Shown piece by piece: positions 49,788 through 60,700 of a stretch of 64,000 nt of DNA (the first letter of the stretch is position 1; the number at the start of each line of letters is the position of its first letter). Below the pieces are notes generated by a model. That model worked only from the letters and a program-made list of their open reading frames with translations. It did not search any database and was not told the DNA's origin. The stretch comes from Candidatus Latescibacterota bacterium (GTDB lineage: Bacteria; Latescibacterota; UBA2968): NCBI GenBank assembly GCA_965222605.1, contig OZ244960.1, forward strand, positions 5,920,001-5,984,000. The letters are read 5' to 3'. Position numbers and translations under genes: made by a program.

Positions 49788-51245
49788 GTGAGACCACGGA
49801 TGGCGGTTGTCGCCTGTCTTTTGGCCCTCCTTTGGGGCGATGGACGTACAGCCGGTAGCCCGACCGAGGGGGGGTTGCCGGCCGTGAGCACAGGGACGGT
49901 CCGGTTTGTGGTGGATGCCGTGTCGTTTGGGGGGTCCGCCGGTACCGCGCATGTAGAGGTTTATCTCCAGGTCTCCGGCGAAGCGCTGAGGTTTGTCGAA
50001 CAGGAGGATCGTTATCGGGCTGAATTTGAGGTTGGAATGCAGGTCCAGCAGTTCCCCAAAGGCGAGGTAGAGGTTCTTTGCGCCGACGGACAGGCGTTGA
50101 AAGGACGGGTCTGGGAGCGGGGCGTGGAGGTGGCCTCTCGGGATGAAGTAGAAGAAAGCGAATTGGTCGTGATGGAGGTATTTCCCCTTCGGTTTTGGCC
50201 AGGACAGTACCGGATCACCGTACGGGTGAAGGATCTAAACTCAGCCTACGAAGACACCTGTTCCGGCGTTCTGGAGGTGCCCGATTTCGAAGCGGAGCGT
50301 CTGGTAGTCAGTGACATCCAGCTTGCTTATGATATCCACAGAGCCGGACCCAGAGATCGGTTCACGAAGAATCAGATCGGCGTCCTCCCAGCTATTTCCA
50401 GACGATTCTCTCCGAGAGATTCCTTTCTCCAATGCTATTTCGAGGTCTATCACTTCGCGTTCGGTGCCGCTTCAGAGACCGATAGCTTTGACCTGGAGTT
50501 CGTCCTTTTGGACGCGTCGGACAAAGTGGTCAAGCAATACCCGGTTGTGATGCTGAAGAAGCCGGGACCGAGCGGGGTGATCACCAGTAAAGTTATGGGT
50601 GGCGGACTGGACATCGCAGACCTGCCTTCCGGCACATACACACTGAAGGCCCGTATCAGGGACAATCTGAACGGCCAGGAGGCCGAAGCGCTGAGGCAGT
50701 TCTTTATCTTCGAGCCAGGACTTGAATCCCTGAACCTGGCGTCAGATGAAGCGTCGTTAGAGCGTTATTATCGCCAGATCCAGTATATTGCTACAAATGA
50801 GGAATTGAAACGCTATCGGACGCTTGATCCTGAAGAAAAGCTGCTGTTTATTGTCCATTTCTGGATCGAACGCGATCCTACGCCGGACACACCTCAAAAC
50901 GAGTTTCTCGTCGAGCATTTCCGGAGGATCTGGTTTAGCGACGATCACTTTCAGACCCGAACAAGACAGCGAGGTTCCGATACCGATAAAGGGAGGGTTT
51001 ACATCAAATACGGCCCACCCGACGACATCGAGTATCATACGTCCGAGTTTGCCGGAAGGCCGTACGAGGTCTGGACGTATGAGCGGTATGGGTACCGTAA
51101 GTGTGTGTTTCTGGACCTGTCGGGGATCGGTGTCTTCGAACTGGTCCATTCGACCATGCCCGGAGAACTCTACAACCCGCGCTGGAAGGAAGACCACCAG
51201 ACGATGCAACAGGACAGGACCGGCGTGTTTGGACCGAGGCGTTAG
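49788..51245 (+). CDS. GWxTD-domain protein
   Basis: AAGGAG SD with GTG start; signal peptide; FWIERDPTPDTPQNEFLVEHFRRI...GSDTDKGRVYIKYGPPD...YEVWTY. Confidence 0.88.
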   Translation: MRPRMAVVACLLALLWGDGRTAGSPTEGGLPAVSTGTVRFVVDAVSFGGSAGTAHVEVYLQVSGEALRFVEQEDRYRAEFEVGMQVQQFPKGEVEVLCADGQALKGRVWERGVEVASRDEVEESELVVMEVFPLRFWPGQYRITVRVKDLNSAYEDTCSGVLEVPDFEAERLVVSDIQLAYDIHRAGPRDRFTKNQIGVLPAISRRFSPRDSFLQCYFEVYHFAFGAASETDSFDLEFVLLDASDKVVKQYPVVMLKKPGPSGVITSKVMGGGLDIADLPSGTYTLKARIRDNLNGQEAEALRQFFIFEPGLESLNLASDEASLERYYRQIQYIATNEELKRYRTLDPEEKLLFIVHFWIERDPTPDTPQNEFLVEHFRRIWFSDDHFQTRTRQRGSDTDKGRVYIKYGPPDDIEYHTSEFAGRPYEVWTYERYGYRKCVFLDLSGIGVFELVHSTMPGELYNPRWKEDHQTMQQDRTGVFGPRR

Positions 51246-51372
51246 GGCTTCTGGGTAGCTGGGACGCGAACTGATTGAGGTCAGTTGCCAGAAACAGGAC
51301 ATCGAGAGGGATCAACTTTTTCTGAGCAGGCGTCTCAAAACACTTGACACATTCCGTTGAATCCGGAATCGT

Positions 51373-51403
51373 AGGGGTGTAGGGCCACGCCCCTTATTTT
51401 TTT
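51373..51403 (+). terminator. Probable intrinsic terminator
   Basis: AGGGGTGT-N6-ACGCCCCT followed by TATTTTTTT. Confidence 0.6.
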
Positions 51404-54062
51404 GGGTAAGATGATGAAGAAGGGAGAAGAACAAAAAAAGGTGTCGAAGGACGCTGCTGCAGGGAGCACGGGGACGAATCGGAAGGCACGAGCTATCCCT
51501 TCTGCAGGGCAGAAAGTCCTCTTGGTGTTGTTCGGTTTCCTGCTCATCGCGCTGATGGAGGTCGGGCTGCGGGTTGTGGGGTATGGGAAACCGTCCGAGC
51601 GAGAGGACCCCTTTGTCGGATTTGAGAAGGTTTACCCGCTTTTTAGCGCACGGGAGCTGGCCGGCGGAAAGAGATTCTACGTCACCAATCCGAATAAGCT
51701 GGCCTTCTTCAATGAGCAGGCGTTCCCCACAGAAAAATCGACCGAGACCTTCAGGATCTTTTGCCTTGGTGGATCGACGACGTTTGGAAGGCCGTACGAA
51801 GCGCCGACAGCATTTCCCAAATGGCTGGAGATCGGCCTGAACGGGATGGATGCATCGAGGCGGTTTGAGGTGATCAATGCAGGCGGGATCTCGTACGCCA
51901 GCTACCGGATTGTGAATCTGATTGAAGAGCTGATGCATTACGAGCCAGATCTGTTTGTCGTCTATACCGGCCACAATGAGTTTTTGGAGACGCGGACCTA
52001 CGAGGACATTCTCCAGGCAGATCGTGCGGTTACCAAGGTCCGGACAGTGCTCGGCAGGTTGCGGACTTACGCCCTGGTTCGCCAGGCAGTACTGGGTCTG
52101 AAGGCCTGGGGGAAACAGAGGCGGACGAGGTTTCGGATGAAAGGTGAAGTCGATGCGGCCCTGGACCATGTGGGGGGGGTGGAGCTTTACAGGAGGGATG
52201 AGGATCAGAAACAGGCGATCTTGAGGCACTTTCGGTTCAATCTGGAGCGGATGGTCGATATTGCAAGGGAAAACAGTGTGGAGCTCTTGTTTGTAACGCC
52301 TGTGTCCAGCATCCGGGATTTCTCTCCCTTTAAGTCCGAGCATGCACAAGGTTTGAGCCTTGAGGAGAGAAGGACTTGGGAGAAGCGCTATGGTCAGGGG
52401 ATTTCCCTGTATCGGGCCGGTGACTATGCCGCCGCACTGGAGGCCTTCCGGTTTGCGCTGGAGATCGATCCCGAATACGCCGAGCTGCATTACGAAGTCG
52501 CCAAGTGTTATGAGGGCCTGGGCCAACACGAAAAGGCCAGAGTTCACTACGTTCAGGCCAGGGATCTGGACGTCTGTCCTTTGAGGGCGATCGGCCAGAT
52601 CGAGGCCATTGTGCGGGACGTTGTTAGAGCGCGCGAGGTTGCTCTGGTGGACCTCGTGCCTGTGTTTGAGGCCCGCAGCGACCACGGTCTTCTGGGCAAA
52701 GAATGGTTTCTGGACCATGTCCATCCGACTGTAGTGGGACACCAAGTGATTGCGGATGAGATCGTTTCGCAACTGGTCAACCGTGGCGTTGTCGCTCCGG
52801 GTGCGGGGTGGAACGCGGCGAAAAGGGCAGCGCTCTATAAGGAGGTGTTCGACTCCTTGGATGGCGGATATTTCTCCTTAAAAAATTTGAATCTCGGCAA
52901 GGTTCTGGCGTGGGCCGAGAAGTACAGAGAAGCGCTGGATCCCCTGGAAGCGGCTACAAGGCAACTGCCGGACGACCCGGAGATTCCCCGCCTTCTGGGC
53001 CAGGTTTACGCCGCATTGGGATACCATCGAAAGGCAGCCGCAGCATACCGGCTGGCTGTTGGCCAGAGGGACGACGACTCCAGGCTGTACAACGATCTGG
53101 GGAATGTATATGTCGCGCAGGGGGAGTACGGGGAGGCTGTATCGGCGTATCAGGCCGCAATCCGGCTCAGACCGGATGACGCCGAGGTTCACTACAACCT
53201 TGGAAATGCTTTTGTCGCGCAGGGGGAGTACGGGGAGGCTGTATCGGCGTATCAGGCCGCAATCCGGCTCAGACCGGATGATCTGGATATCTGGAGTAAC
53301 CTGGGGAATGCCTATGGGGCACAGGGGAATTATACGGACGCGGTCGAGGCGTATCGCAGCGCGCTTCAGATCGATCCGAATGACGCCGGGACGCACTACA
53401 ATCTGGGGCGATTATACGCGAATCGAGAGGCCTATCGGGAGGCGGAAGAGGCGTACCGTATCGCGTTGAGGCTGAGCCGTGCGAACCCGGATGCCGATTC
53501 AGGTTTCACCGCTGATATCTATCTCAACCTGGGGCTGGTTCACCGGGCCCGGGGGGAGTACGAGCAGGCGATTTCTGCGTATCGGTCGGCGTTGGAGCTC
53601 CGTCCGGACGACCCACGGGCATACAACAACCTGGGAAATGTGTATAGTGCTCGAGAAGAGTACGGCAAGGCAGTAGCGGTGTATCAGTCGGCGTTGAAAT
53701 TGGATCCCGACGATCTCAAGGCACATTTTAACCTCGGTTTTATCTACGGCGTACGGAAAGAGTATGCAAAGGCTGCGGCCGAGTATGAAAAGGTTGTGAA
53801 GATCGACCCAGACGACCTCCAGGCACACTACCGTCTCGCCTTTGCATACAGCGCCCAGGGAGAGTACGGTCGGGCCATTGCATACTACGAAGAGGTCGTG
53901 AAGAAAGATCCAAAGTTCCTTCAGGCCTATGGAAATCTGGGGATCGCCTACCTTCAGAAGGGAGACAGACGGAGGGCGGTCGCTGCGTTCGAGAAGGTGC
54001 TGGAGATCGATCCGGAAAACGGTCCGGCAAAGGAATATCTGCGGCGCCTGAAAGGACGGTGA
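51402..54062 (+). CDS. Membrane-anchored SGNH/GDSL-like hydrolase with long TPR array; start uncertain
   Basis: N-terminal TM, FRIFCLGGSTTFG, VINAGGISY, YTGHNEF, DHVHPT; about 11 C-terminal TPRs. Confidence 0.85.
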   Translation: MGKMMKKGEEQKKVSKDAAAGSTGTNRKARAIPSAGQKVLLVLFGFLLIALMEVGLRVVGYGKPSEREDPFVGFEKVYPLFSARELAGGKRFYVTNPNKLAFFNEQAFPTEKSTETFRIFCLGGSTTFGRPYEAPTAFPKWLEIGLNGMDASRRFEVINAGGISYASYRIVNLIEELMHYEPDLFVVYTGHNEFLETRTYEDILQADRAVTKVRTVLGRLRTYALVRQAVLGLKAWGKQRRTRFRMKGEVDAALDHVGGVELYRRDEDQKQAILRHFRFNLERMVDIARENSVELLFVTPVSSIRDFSPFKSEHAQGLSLEERRTWEKRYGQGISLYRAGDYAAALEAFRFALEIDPEYAELHYEVAKCYEGLGQHEKARVHYVQARDLDVCPLRAIGQIEAIVRDVVRAREVALVDLVPVFEARSDHGLLGKEWFLDHVHPTVVGHQVIADEIVSQLVNRGVVAPGAGWNAAKRAALYKEVFDSLDGGYFSLKNLNLGKVLAWAEKYREALDPLEAATRQLPDDPEIPRLLGQVYAALGYHRKAAAAYRLAVGQRDDDSRLYNDLGNVYVAQGEYGEAVSAYQAAIRLRPDDAEVHYNLGNAFVAQGEYGEAVSAYQAAIRLRPDDLDIWSNLGNAYGAQGNYTDAVEAYRSALQIDPNDAGTHYNLGRLYANREAYREAEEAYRIALRLSRANPDADSGFTADIYLNLGLVHRARGEYEQAISAYRSALELRPDDPRAYNNLGNVYSAREEYGKAVAVYQSALKLDPDDLKAHFNLGFIYGVRKEYAKAAAEYEKVVKIDPDDLQAHYRLAFAYSAQGEYGRAIAYYEEVVKKDPKFLQAYGNLGIAYLQKGDRRRAVAAFEKVLEIDPENGPAKEYLRRLKGR
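53111..53281. repeat. Intragenic 69-bp exact direct repeat, period 102 bp (one TPR)
   Basis: TGTCGCGCAGGGGGAGTACGGG...CAGACCGGATGA at 53111-53179 and 53213-53281. Confidence 0.9.
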
Positions 54063-54136
54063 GGTGTCGTGCTACGATTTTGCGGAGGTCAAGGTGGAAG
54101 GGGATACCGTGGAACCGAACAATAGGGAGGTGCATT

Positions 54137-55462
54137 ATGCTGCCCGAAGAGATTGTCAATATACCCCCGGCGCTGACGGAAGAGACGTTTGACGAGTTGT
54201 TCGAGGCCTGCCGGCCGCGTGCAAGCGAGGAGCGGTGGACTGAGGTGCCCTGGATCGGAGAGTTATGGGATGGGCGGCAGAAGGCCGCACGGGAGGAGAA
54301 GCCGCTGTTCATCTGGGCGATGAACGGGCATCCTCTGGGATGCGTTTGAAACAATGGGGTAACGGGCCGTGCGCTCGTCTTCAGCGATCCGAGAGCAATT
54401 CAACTACTGAATGATCATTTCGTCACGGTCGCGGTGGATAATACGCGACTCCAGCGGCAGGATGACGATGAGGGACGGTTTTTGCGATTGATTGCATGGC
54501 AGGGCCGGTACGGGTACTCATTCGATGAGGCGCTGGCGAAGGTGAATGATATAGACCACGGGATGAATCACCAGGGACTTTATGTAACGACGACCGAAGG
54601 AGAAGTCCTGGGCACGCGGAACAGGTGCGGTCCACATGGCATATTGCAAGCCAGCGGCAGCATGAGCACCAACCCGGACTTGCTGGTAGAGATGCTGGGC
54701 AAAGCACTGAAAAACTGGGAGGTCCGAAAGACTCAGAGAGAAGCTTATAAAATCGGCGGGTTGGATAGGGAGGAAGCATTCATATGGGAGTATCCGGAGG
54801 ACGGCCTGGTGCTGCATCTGGGGTGCCGGGATCTGCCCCGGCGGGTGGATTTGCGGCCTGAGAACTGGAGACGTGAGGCGCACAATCAGGACTATGTCTG
54901 GTTCCGGCGAGAGGAGATGCTGTCGATCGTGCCGCCCGGCGTGTCGGCAGGCGATACGTTTTCGATGCCGGAGGGTTTGACCCGGCGGCTGGTCCGGTAC
55001 CACCTGGTGGATTCTGTTGGAGGGCAGCCCTCTCACTGGTCGCCCGAGGCACTTCGGGATGTGGAGATGAGGCTGGAAGTGACGGGTGTGACGCCGAAGC
55101 GGGTGGATTTGACGGTTTCCGGGCAGGCACGTTTGTATGAAGAGGGGGATTGGTGCGCGCATCCGCCGTCTTCTTCGGCCTACCGTATGGGAGAGATGTG
55201 TTGCTTGATCCGCGAGCGTGGATTTGATGCCTCCTTGCTGGGATACCTCTGCTTCGACCGTCGGACGGAGCGGTTTTCCCGGTTCGATCTGGTTGGGGTG
55301 GGTACCCGATGGGGGGGTACGAATGTGAGTGGGCGCCGGGAAGACATTGAGCCTTCGCCAATGGGGATCGCGATGACGCCTGCGGATATGGAGTCGCGGG
55401 ACCAGACGCCGCCGCATGCGAGCCAGAGGCGGGGCAACCTGGAGCGCTATTTTGACGCGTAA
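54137..55462 (+). CDS. Probable selenoprotein, thioredoxin-like fold (C-V-U motif; Sec encoded by TGA 54347-54349), 441 aa
   Basis: GGGAGG SD and ATG 54137; ORFs 54059-54349 and 54434-55462 share one frame, interrupted only by this TGA; KPLFIWAMNGHPLGCV-U-NNGVTGRALVFSDPRAIQLLNDHFV; SECIS-like hairpin downstream. Confidence 0.8.
54356..54382 (+). promoter_or_regulatory. Putative bacterial SECIS element
   Basis: GGGG-UA-ACGGGC-[CGUGC]-GCUCGU-CUUC; loop starts 18 nt after UGA and has G at position 2 followed by U. Confidence 0.65.
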
Positions 55463-55475
55463 AGGAGCGGAGACG

Positions 55476-55631
55476 ATGCAGTATGAACAGCGACCGAGAA
55501 TCGGCATTCCCTGCGCCCATGTGGAACCGGAGCAGGGAAAGTTTCTGCCCATCTTCTCCGCGTGCCGGGGAGTACAGGTGCTCAACGTGGCGGCGGCGCA
55601 GTCCCGGTTGTTTTCTGGGAAAAGAGCGTGA
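55476..55631 (+). pseudogene. Collapsed remnant of a peptidase C26/PuuD-type glutamine amidotransferase-like gene
   Basis: AAGGAG SD; 51 aa containing RPRIGIP (family N-terminus) fused to LPIFSACRGVQVLNVA (nucleophile elbow). Confidence 0.55.
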
Positions 55632-57631
55632 TGTCGGATGCGAAGCCTGCACTGGGTGAGCAGCAGCCGGTACAGGATAAGACAGCTATGGTTTTGGAAC
55701 CGGAGACCAGGCCTGGGTTGACGGTGCGGTCTGTGGTTCTCGGTCTGCTATTTACGTGTCTGATGGACGTGTGGATCATCTACTCGGACTACTACGTCCA
55801 CTCCTCCAGGTTCAACCTCACGCACTTTCCAATCGCGCTGCTGTCCGTGTTCCTGTTTTTGACCTTTGTGGTCAATCCCATCCTCAAGACGATCGCCCCG
55901 GGGCAATTGTTCTCGTCCCGGGAGATCCTGGTGATGTTGGCGATGGGATACACGGGGGCGGCGGTGCCGGCGTCAGGGCTGACGGGGATTCTGCTGGGGG
56001 TGATCGCCCCGCCCTATTACTATGCCACGCCCGAAAACCAGTGGGCGGAGTATCTGCACGAGCATATTCCCGGATGGATTGCGCCCACCGACGCAAAAGC
56101 GATGGGGTGGTTCTGGGAAGGGATGCCGGAAGGTGCGAGTATCCCCTGGGATGTCTGGTTTGTGTCCCTGTTCTGGTGGTCGTTGTTCGTGGGCGCCGTG
56201 TTTTTTGTTTCGGCCTGTCTGGTCGTGATCATGCGGAAGCAGTGGGTGGAGCACGAGCGTCTGTTCTTTCCACTGGCTGCTGTGCCGATTGAGATGGTGC
56301 AGCAGGAAGCCGGACAACGGTTGCCGCTGATTACAAAAGAGTCCCGATTCTGGCAGGGGTTCGGGTTTGCCCTGTTTATTCCGCTGTGGAATTTCTGGGG
56401 ATACTTCTGGCCGCTTTTTCCCCAGATTCCGTTCCAGGCGAACCTGGTCAACCGCCACTGGCGTCCCTTCGGACGCCTGTTCCCGAGGATCAATCCGGAG
56501 GTGGATTTTTACGTGATCGGGTTTGCGTATTTCGCAAACCTGGATGTGCTGTTCAGTGTGTGGCTTTTTGGGCTGCTGGGCTTTGCACAGACAGGAATCT
56601 TGAACCGGATCGGTTACCCGATCGCCAGGGAGGGATACGACGCCACTGACTGGGAGTGTCTGGGAGCGCTCTTCGTGGTGGTGCTCTGGGGGCTGTGGGT
56701 AAGCAGAGCGCATCTCAGGCAGGTGGCCCGGGCGGCGTTCCAGCGGGGGGAGAAATCCGGAGACAGGGGAGGTGAGATCCTGTCCTACCGGACGGCCGCG
56801 ATCGGGTTCCTGCTGGGATCGGCCTTTATCCTCTGCTGGCTCTACCAGGCGGGAATAGAGCCCTGGGTGCTACTGGTATTTTTCCCGGCGTTGATGCTGG
56901 TCTATCTGGGCATGACGCGATTTGTGGCAGAGACCGGCTTTGTATTTGCCAACGCACCTGTCAGCGAAGACGCGTTTATCCTCAAGGTGCTGGGGTCCAG
57001 GGTTCTGGCCCCCTCGACCATTACCGCCCTGGCTTTTGAACGGGCGCTTTACTCCTACGGCAAAGCCCTTTTTACGCCTGCGTTGGCCCATGCCGCAAAG
57101 CTGGGAGAGGTGATCGGGGGGGACCGGCGCAAGCTGTTCGGGGCCATCGGGCTGACGCTGGTTGTGGGGCTCGTTGTATCTGTCGGGTTGACCCTCTACT
57201 TGGGATATACCACCGGCGCGAGCAATTTTAACGATACGCCAATGTTACGGGGGCTGGATGGGTTCTACCGTGCGGTATCCCTGATCAAAAGTCCTGAAGA
57301 ACCGGCGTGGCCTCAGATTGGATTCTTCGGCGCAGGTACAGCGTTGGCGGTTTTTCTGTTCTTTTTGCGGTCGCGCTTTCCCTGGTGGCCGGTGCATCCG
57401 ATCGGTCTGATCGTCGGCGGCAGTTACTGGGCCCACTTCTACCTGACGTCGATCTTCCTGACGTGGTTCTGCAAGCTGGTGATCCTGAAGACTGGGGGAG
57501 CCGTGCTCTTCAGGAAGTTCCGGCCGTTTTTCTTAGGGCTGCTGGTGGGATATACGCTGGGGATTTTTATTATGTTTCTCATGGATATAATCTGGTTCTC
57601 CGGTTCGGGGCACCGGGTGCATACGTGGTGA
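55631..57631 (+). CDS. Polytopic membrane protein, DUF6785/DUF6784-like (putative peptide transporter)
   Basis: Many TM helices; YYATPENQW, IMRKQWVEHERLFFPL, RFVAETG, RFPWWPVHPIG, PFFLGLLVG. Confidence 0.75.
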   Translation: MSDAKPALGEQQPVQDKTAMVLEPETRPGLTVRSVVLGLLFTCLMDVWIIYSDYYVHSSRFNLTHFPIALLSVFLFLTFVVNPILKTIAPGQLFSSREILVMLAMGYTGAAVPASGLTGILLGVIAPPYYYATPENQWAEYLHEHIPGWIAPTDAKAMGWFWEGMPEGASIPWDVWFVSLFWWSLFVGAVFFVSACLVVIMRKQWVEHERLFFPLAAVPIEMVQQEAGQRLPLITKESRFWQGFGFALFIPLWNFWGYFWPLFPQIPFQANLVNRHWRPFGRLFPRINPEVDFYVIGFAYFANLDVLFSVWLFGLLGFAQTGILNRIGYPIAREGYDATDWECLGALFVVVLWGLWVSRAHLRQVARAAFQRGEKSGDRGGEILSYRTAAIGFLLGSAFILCWLYQAGIEPWVLLVFFPALMLVYLGMTRFVAETGFVFANAPVSEDAFILKVLGSRVLAPSTITALAFERALYSYGKALFTPALAHAAKLGEVIGGDRRKLFGAIGLTLVVGLVVSVGLTLYLGYTTGASNFNDTPMLRGLDGFYRAVSLIKSPEEPAWPQIGFFGAGTALAVFLFFLRSRFPWWPVHPIGLIVGGSYWAHFYLTSIFLTWFCKLVILKTGGAVLFRKFRPFFLGLLVGYTLGIFIMFLMDIIWFSGSGHRVHTW

Positions 57632-57718
57632 TGTTCGAGCTGCTCAGGGAATCCGATCTGTACAGACGAATGTCTTGTAACCGTATAGCATGGAAAGACA
57701 GCATCATAGGAGACAACC

Positions 57719-60700
57719 ATGAAAACCAGAAATACAGCACAGACCGAACAGGCAATCCTCTGCCCGAAGGTCGATTCGGCTTGTCTTGGGTCGCTCGAGT
57801 GGCGGTGCATCGGACCGTACAGGGGCGGCCGGGTCGTGGCTGTGGCCGGAGACCCGAAGGATTCGCTGGTCTTCTACTTCGGCGCTTGTGCCGGGGGGGT
57901 CTGGAAGACCGAGGATGGTGGAACCTACTGGGAAAATGTCTCGGACGGGTTTTTCAAGACGTCAGCTGTGGGCGCGATCGCCGTTTCGGAATCCGACCCC
58001 AACGTCATCTATGCGGGTATGGGAGAATGCTGCATCCGGCTTGACATCTCGCACGGCGACGGGGTGTATGGATCGAGAGATGGCGGCAGGACGTGGACGC
58101 ATCTGGGGCTGGAGGATACACGATACATCGCGCGGGTTCGCATCCATCCAAAGGATCCCGACCTGGTCTATGCGGCTGCGCTGGGACATGTTTTTGGCCC
58201 GAACCGGGAGCGGGGGATTTACCGGTCGCGGAATGGGGGTAAGACGTGGGAACAGGTGCTGTTTCGGAGTGAAAAAGCCGGAGGGTGCGACTTGGCGATG
58301 GATCCCAACAATCCCGATGTTCTGTATGCCGCTATCTGGGAGGCTTACAGAAAACCCTGGTTCTTGTCGAGCGGGGGACCGGACAGCGGGCTGTTTAAAT
58401 CTACCGACGGAGGTGACACATGGGTAGAGTTGACCGGCAACCCCGGTTTGCCCGAAGGGATCAAGGGGCGAATGGGAGTTGCGGTATCTCCGGCCAGGCC
58501 GGGGCGTGTGTGGGCAATCGTCGAGGCTGAGAAAGGGGCTTTCTTCCGGTCGGACGACTGGGGCGCAACCTGGGAGCGGCTCACAGAAGACAAAAACCTC
58601 CGGGAGCGTCCGTTCTATTACTGCCACGTCTTCGGAGACCCACAGGATGCTGATACGGTCTATGTGTTGAGCAAGCTGGCCTGGAAGTCTTCCGATGGCG
58701 GGTACTCGTTTACGCAGCTCAACACCCCCCACAACGATAATCATGACCTGTGGCTCGACCCGCACACCCCTCGGCGGATGATTGAGGGGAACGACGGAGG
58801 AGCGTGCGTTTCGTTCAACGGGGGCGAGACGTGGTCCACCATTTACAACCAACCCACGGCGCAGTTCTACCATGTGGCAGCCGACATGCAGGTGCCGTAT
58901 TCCATTTACGGCACCCAGCAGGACAATACCGCCATCGGGGTGCCCAGCCGGTCCGACCGGGGGGCTATTCTCATCGACGACTGCCGTCCGGTGGGGAATG
59001 CGGAAAGCGGGCACATCGCGGTCCGTCCCGACGATCCGAACGTGGTTTACTCCGGCGCCATTGGGAGCAGCGGAGGTGGAGGCGGCGCCCTGTTGCGGTA
59101 TGACCACCGGTCGAAACAGATCCGGGTTATTACGGCCTGGCCGGAGTCTTTCGCAGAGGGCGCTAAAGCACTTAAGTACCGGTTCCAGTGGACGTTTCCG
59201 ATTGCGATTTCGCCACACGATCCCCATATTCTTTACACGACAAGCCAAGTGGTGCTCCGATCCGCGACAGATGGGGATGGCTGGGAGGTCATCAGCCCGG
59301 ATCTGACACGCAACGATGTGGCCAAAATGGAACCGTCGGGCGGTCCGATTACAAAAGACGCACACGGTGCGGAAAACTACTGCACGATTTTCGCCTTTGC
59401 CGAGTCACCCCTGGAGCGGGGGGTGCTCTGGGCCGGCTCGGACGACGGGCTGATCCATATTTCCCGAAACAACGGAGTGTCCTGGGAGAATGTGACGCCG
59501 GAAGACCTGCCGGAATGGACGACGGTCGGCATCATCGAGCCGTCTCCCCATGATCCGGCCACAGCCTATGTGGCGGCCTACCGCTACAAGCTGGACGATT
59601 TTCAGCCATACCTCTACAAGACGAACGACTACGGCAAGCGTTGGGAGAAGATCACCGGCGGTATCCCTGAACAGGAGTTCACGCGGGTGATCCGGGAGGA
59701 CCCGGGCAGGCGCGGGCTGCTGTATGCCGGTACGGAGACCGGGGTGTACGTTTCTTTTGACGCCGGGAAGTCCTGGCAGTCGCTCCAGCGCAACCTGCCG
59801 GTGGCGCCGATCTACGATCTGCTTGTGAAGGATAACGACCTGGTGGCGGCCACTCATGGACGTTCGTTCTGGATCCTGGACGACCTGACGTTGCTGCACC
59901 AGATGACGGAGGCGGCTGTGAACGCTCCGGTCCACCTGTTCAGGCCGCGTTCCACGTACCGATTTCTGCTGGCTCAGGGATACGGACGTCCTTCGGTGCC
60001 CGGGAAAAACTACCGGGTGGCCTCCGGAGTGCTGGCGAGCTACTACGAGAAGAAGACGCCCGAGGGAAAAACAGTACAGGTCCTTCTGGATGCCGGAAAG
60101 AACCCGCCCGACGGGGTGGTGGTGACCTATTTCCTGAAGGAGAAGCCCGAAGGCGAGGTGAAGCTTTCGTTTCTGGATGCAGAGGGGATTCCGATCAAGA
60201 CCTTTTCGAGCCGGGCAGCAGACGATCTGCAGGCCGACTCAAAAGAGACGCTGGTGCCTTCAGAGGTGGGGATGAACCGGTTCGAGTGGGATATGCAGTA
60301 TCCGGGGGAAAGGACGGTTTCGGGGGGAGGGGTAATGGGGCAGAACCCGGCCGGTCCGCTGGCGCCTCCGGGGACGTATCAGATCCGGCTCAAGGTGGGG
60401 GATGAGAGCCATACGGAGTCGTTCCAACTTCTTAAAGACCCGAGAGTTCCGACCACGCAGGAGGATCTGGAAGCGCAGTTTGCACTGCTGGTTAAGATTC
60501 GCGACAAACTCTCTGAGTTCAATGAGGTGGTTGGACAGGTTCGGCGGGTTCAAAAGCAGGTGGCGGAGTGGGAACGGCGTGCGAAGGATCTGCCGGATGC
60601 CGCTGCTGTGTCGGAAGCTGCCAAAGCCCTGGGGGAGAAACTGGCCGAAGTCGATTTGAAGACCCAGTTGGGCATGCTGACTGCTCCGGCGGCCCAGGCC

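Noticed and set aside
54059-55462. Two separate genes or a nonsense pseudogene, as the ORF track implies
   Set aside because: Same frame, single TGA at a redox-motif position, SECIS-like hairpin and no SD for the second part; Sec read-through explains it better, though this is not proven
57962-59365. Long antisense ORFs (also 15422-16657, 21004-22161, 25227-26330, 33522-34646, 51312-52772, 54518-55585)
   Set aside because: Shadow frames opposite well-supported genes in GC-rich DNA, with no recognisable motifs
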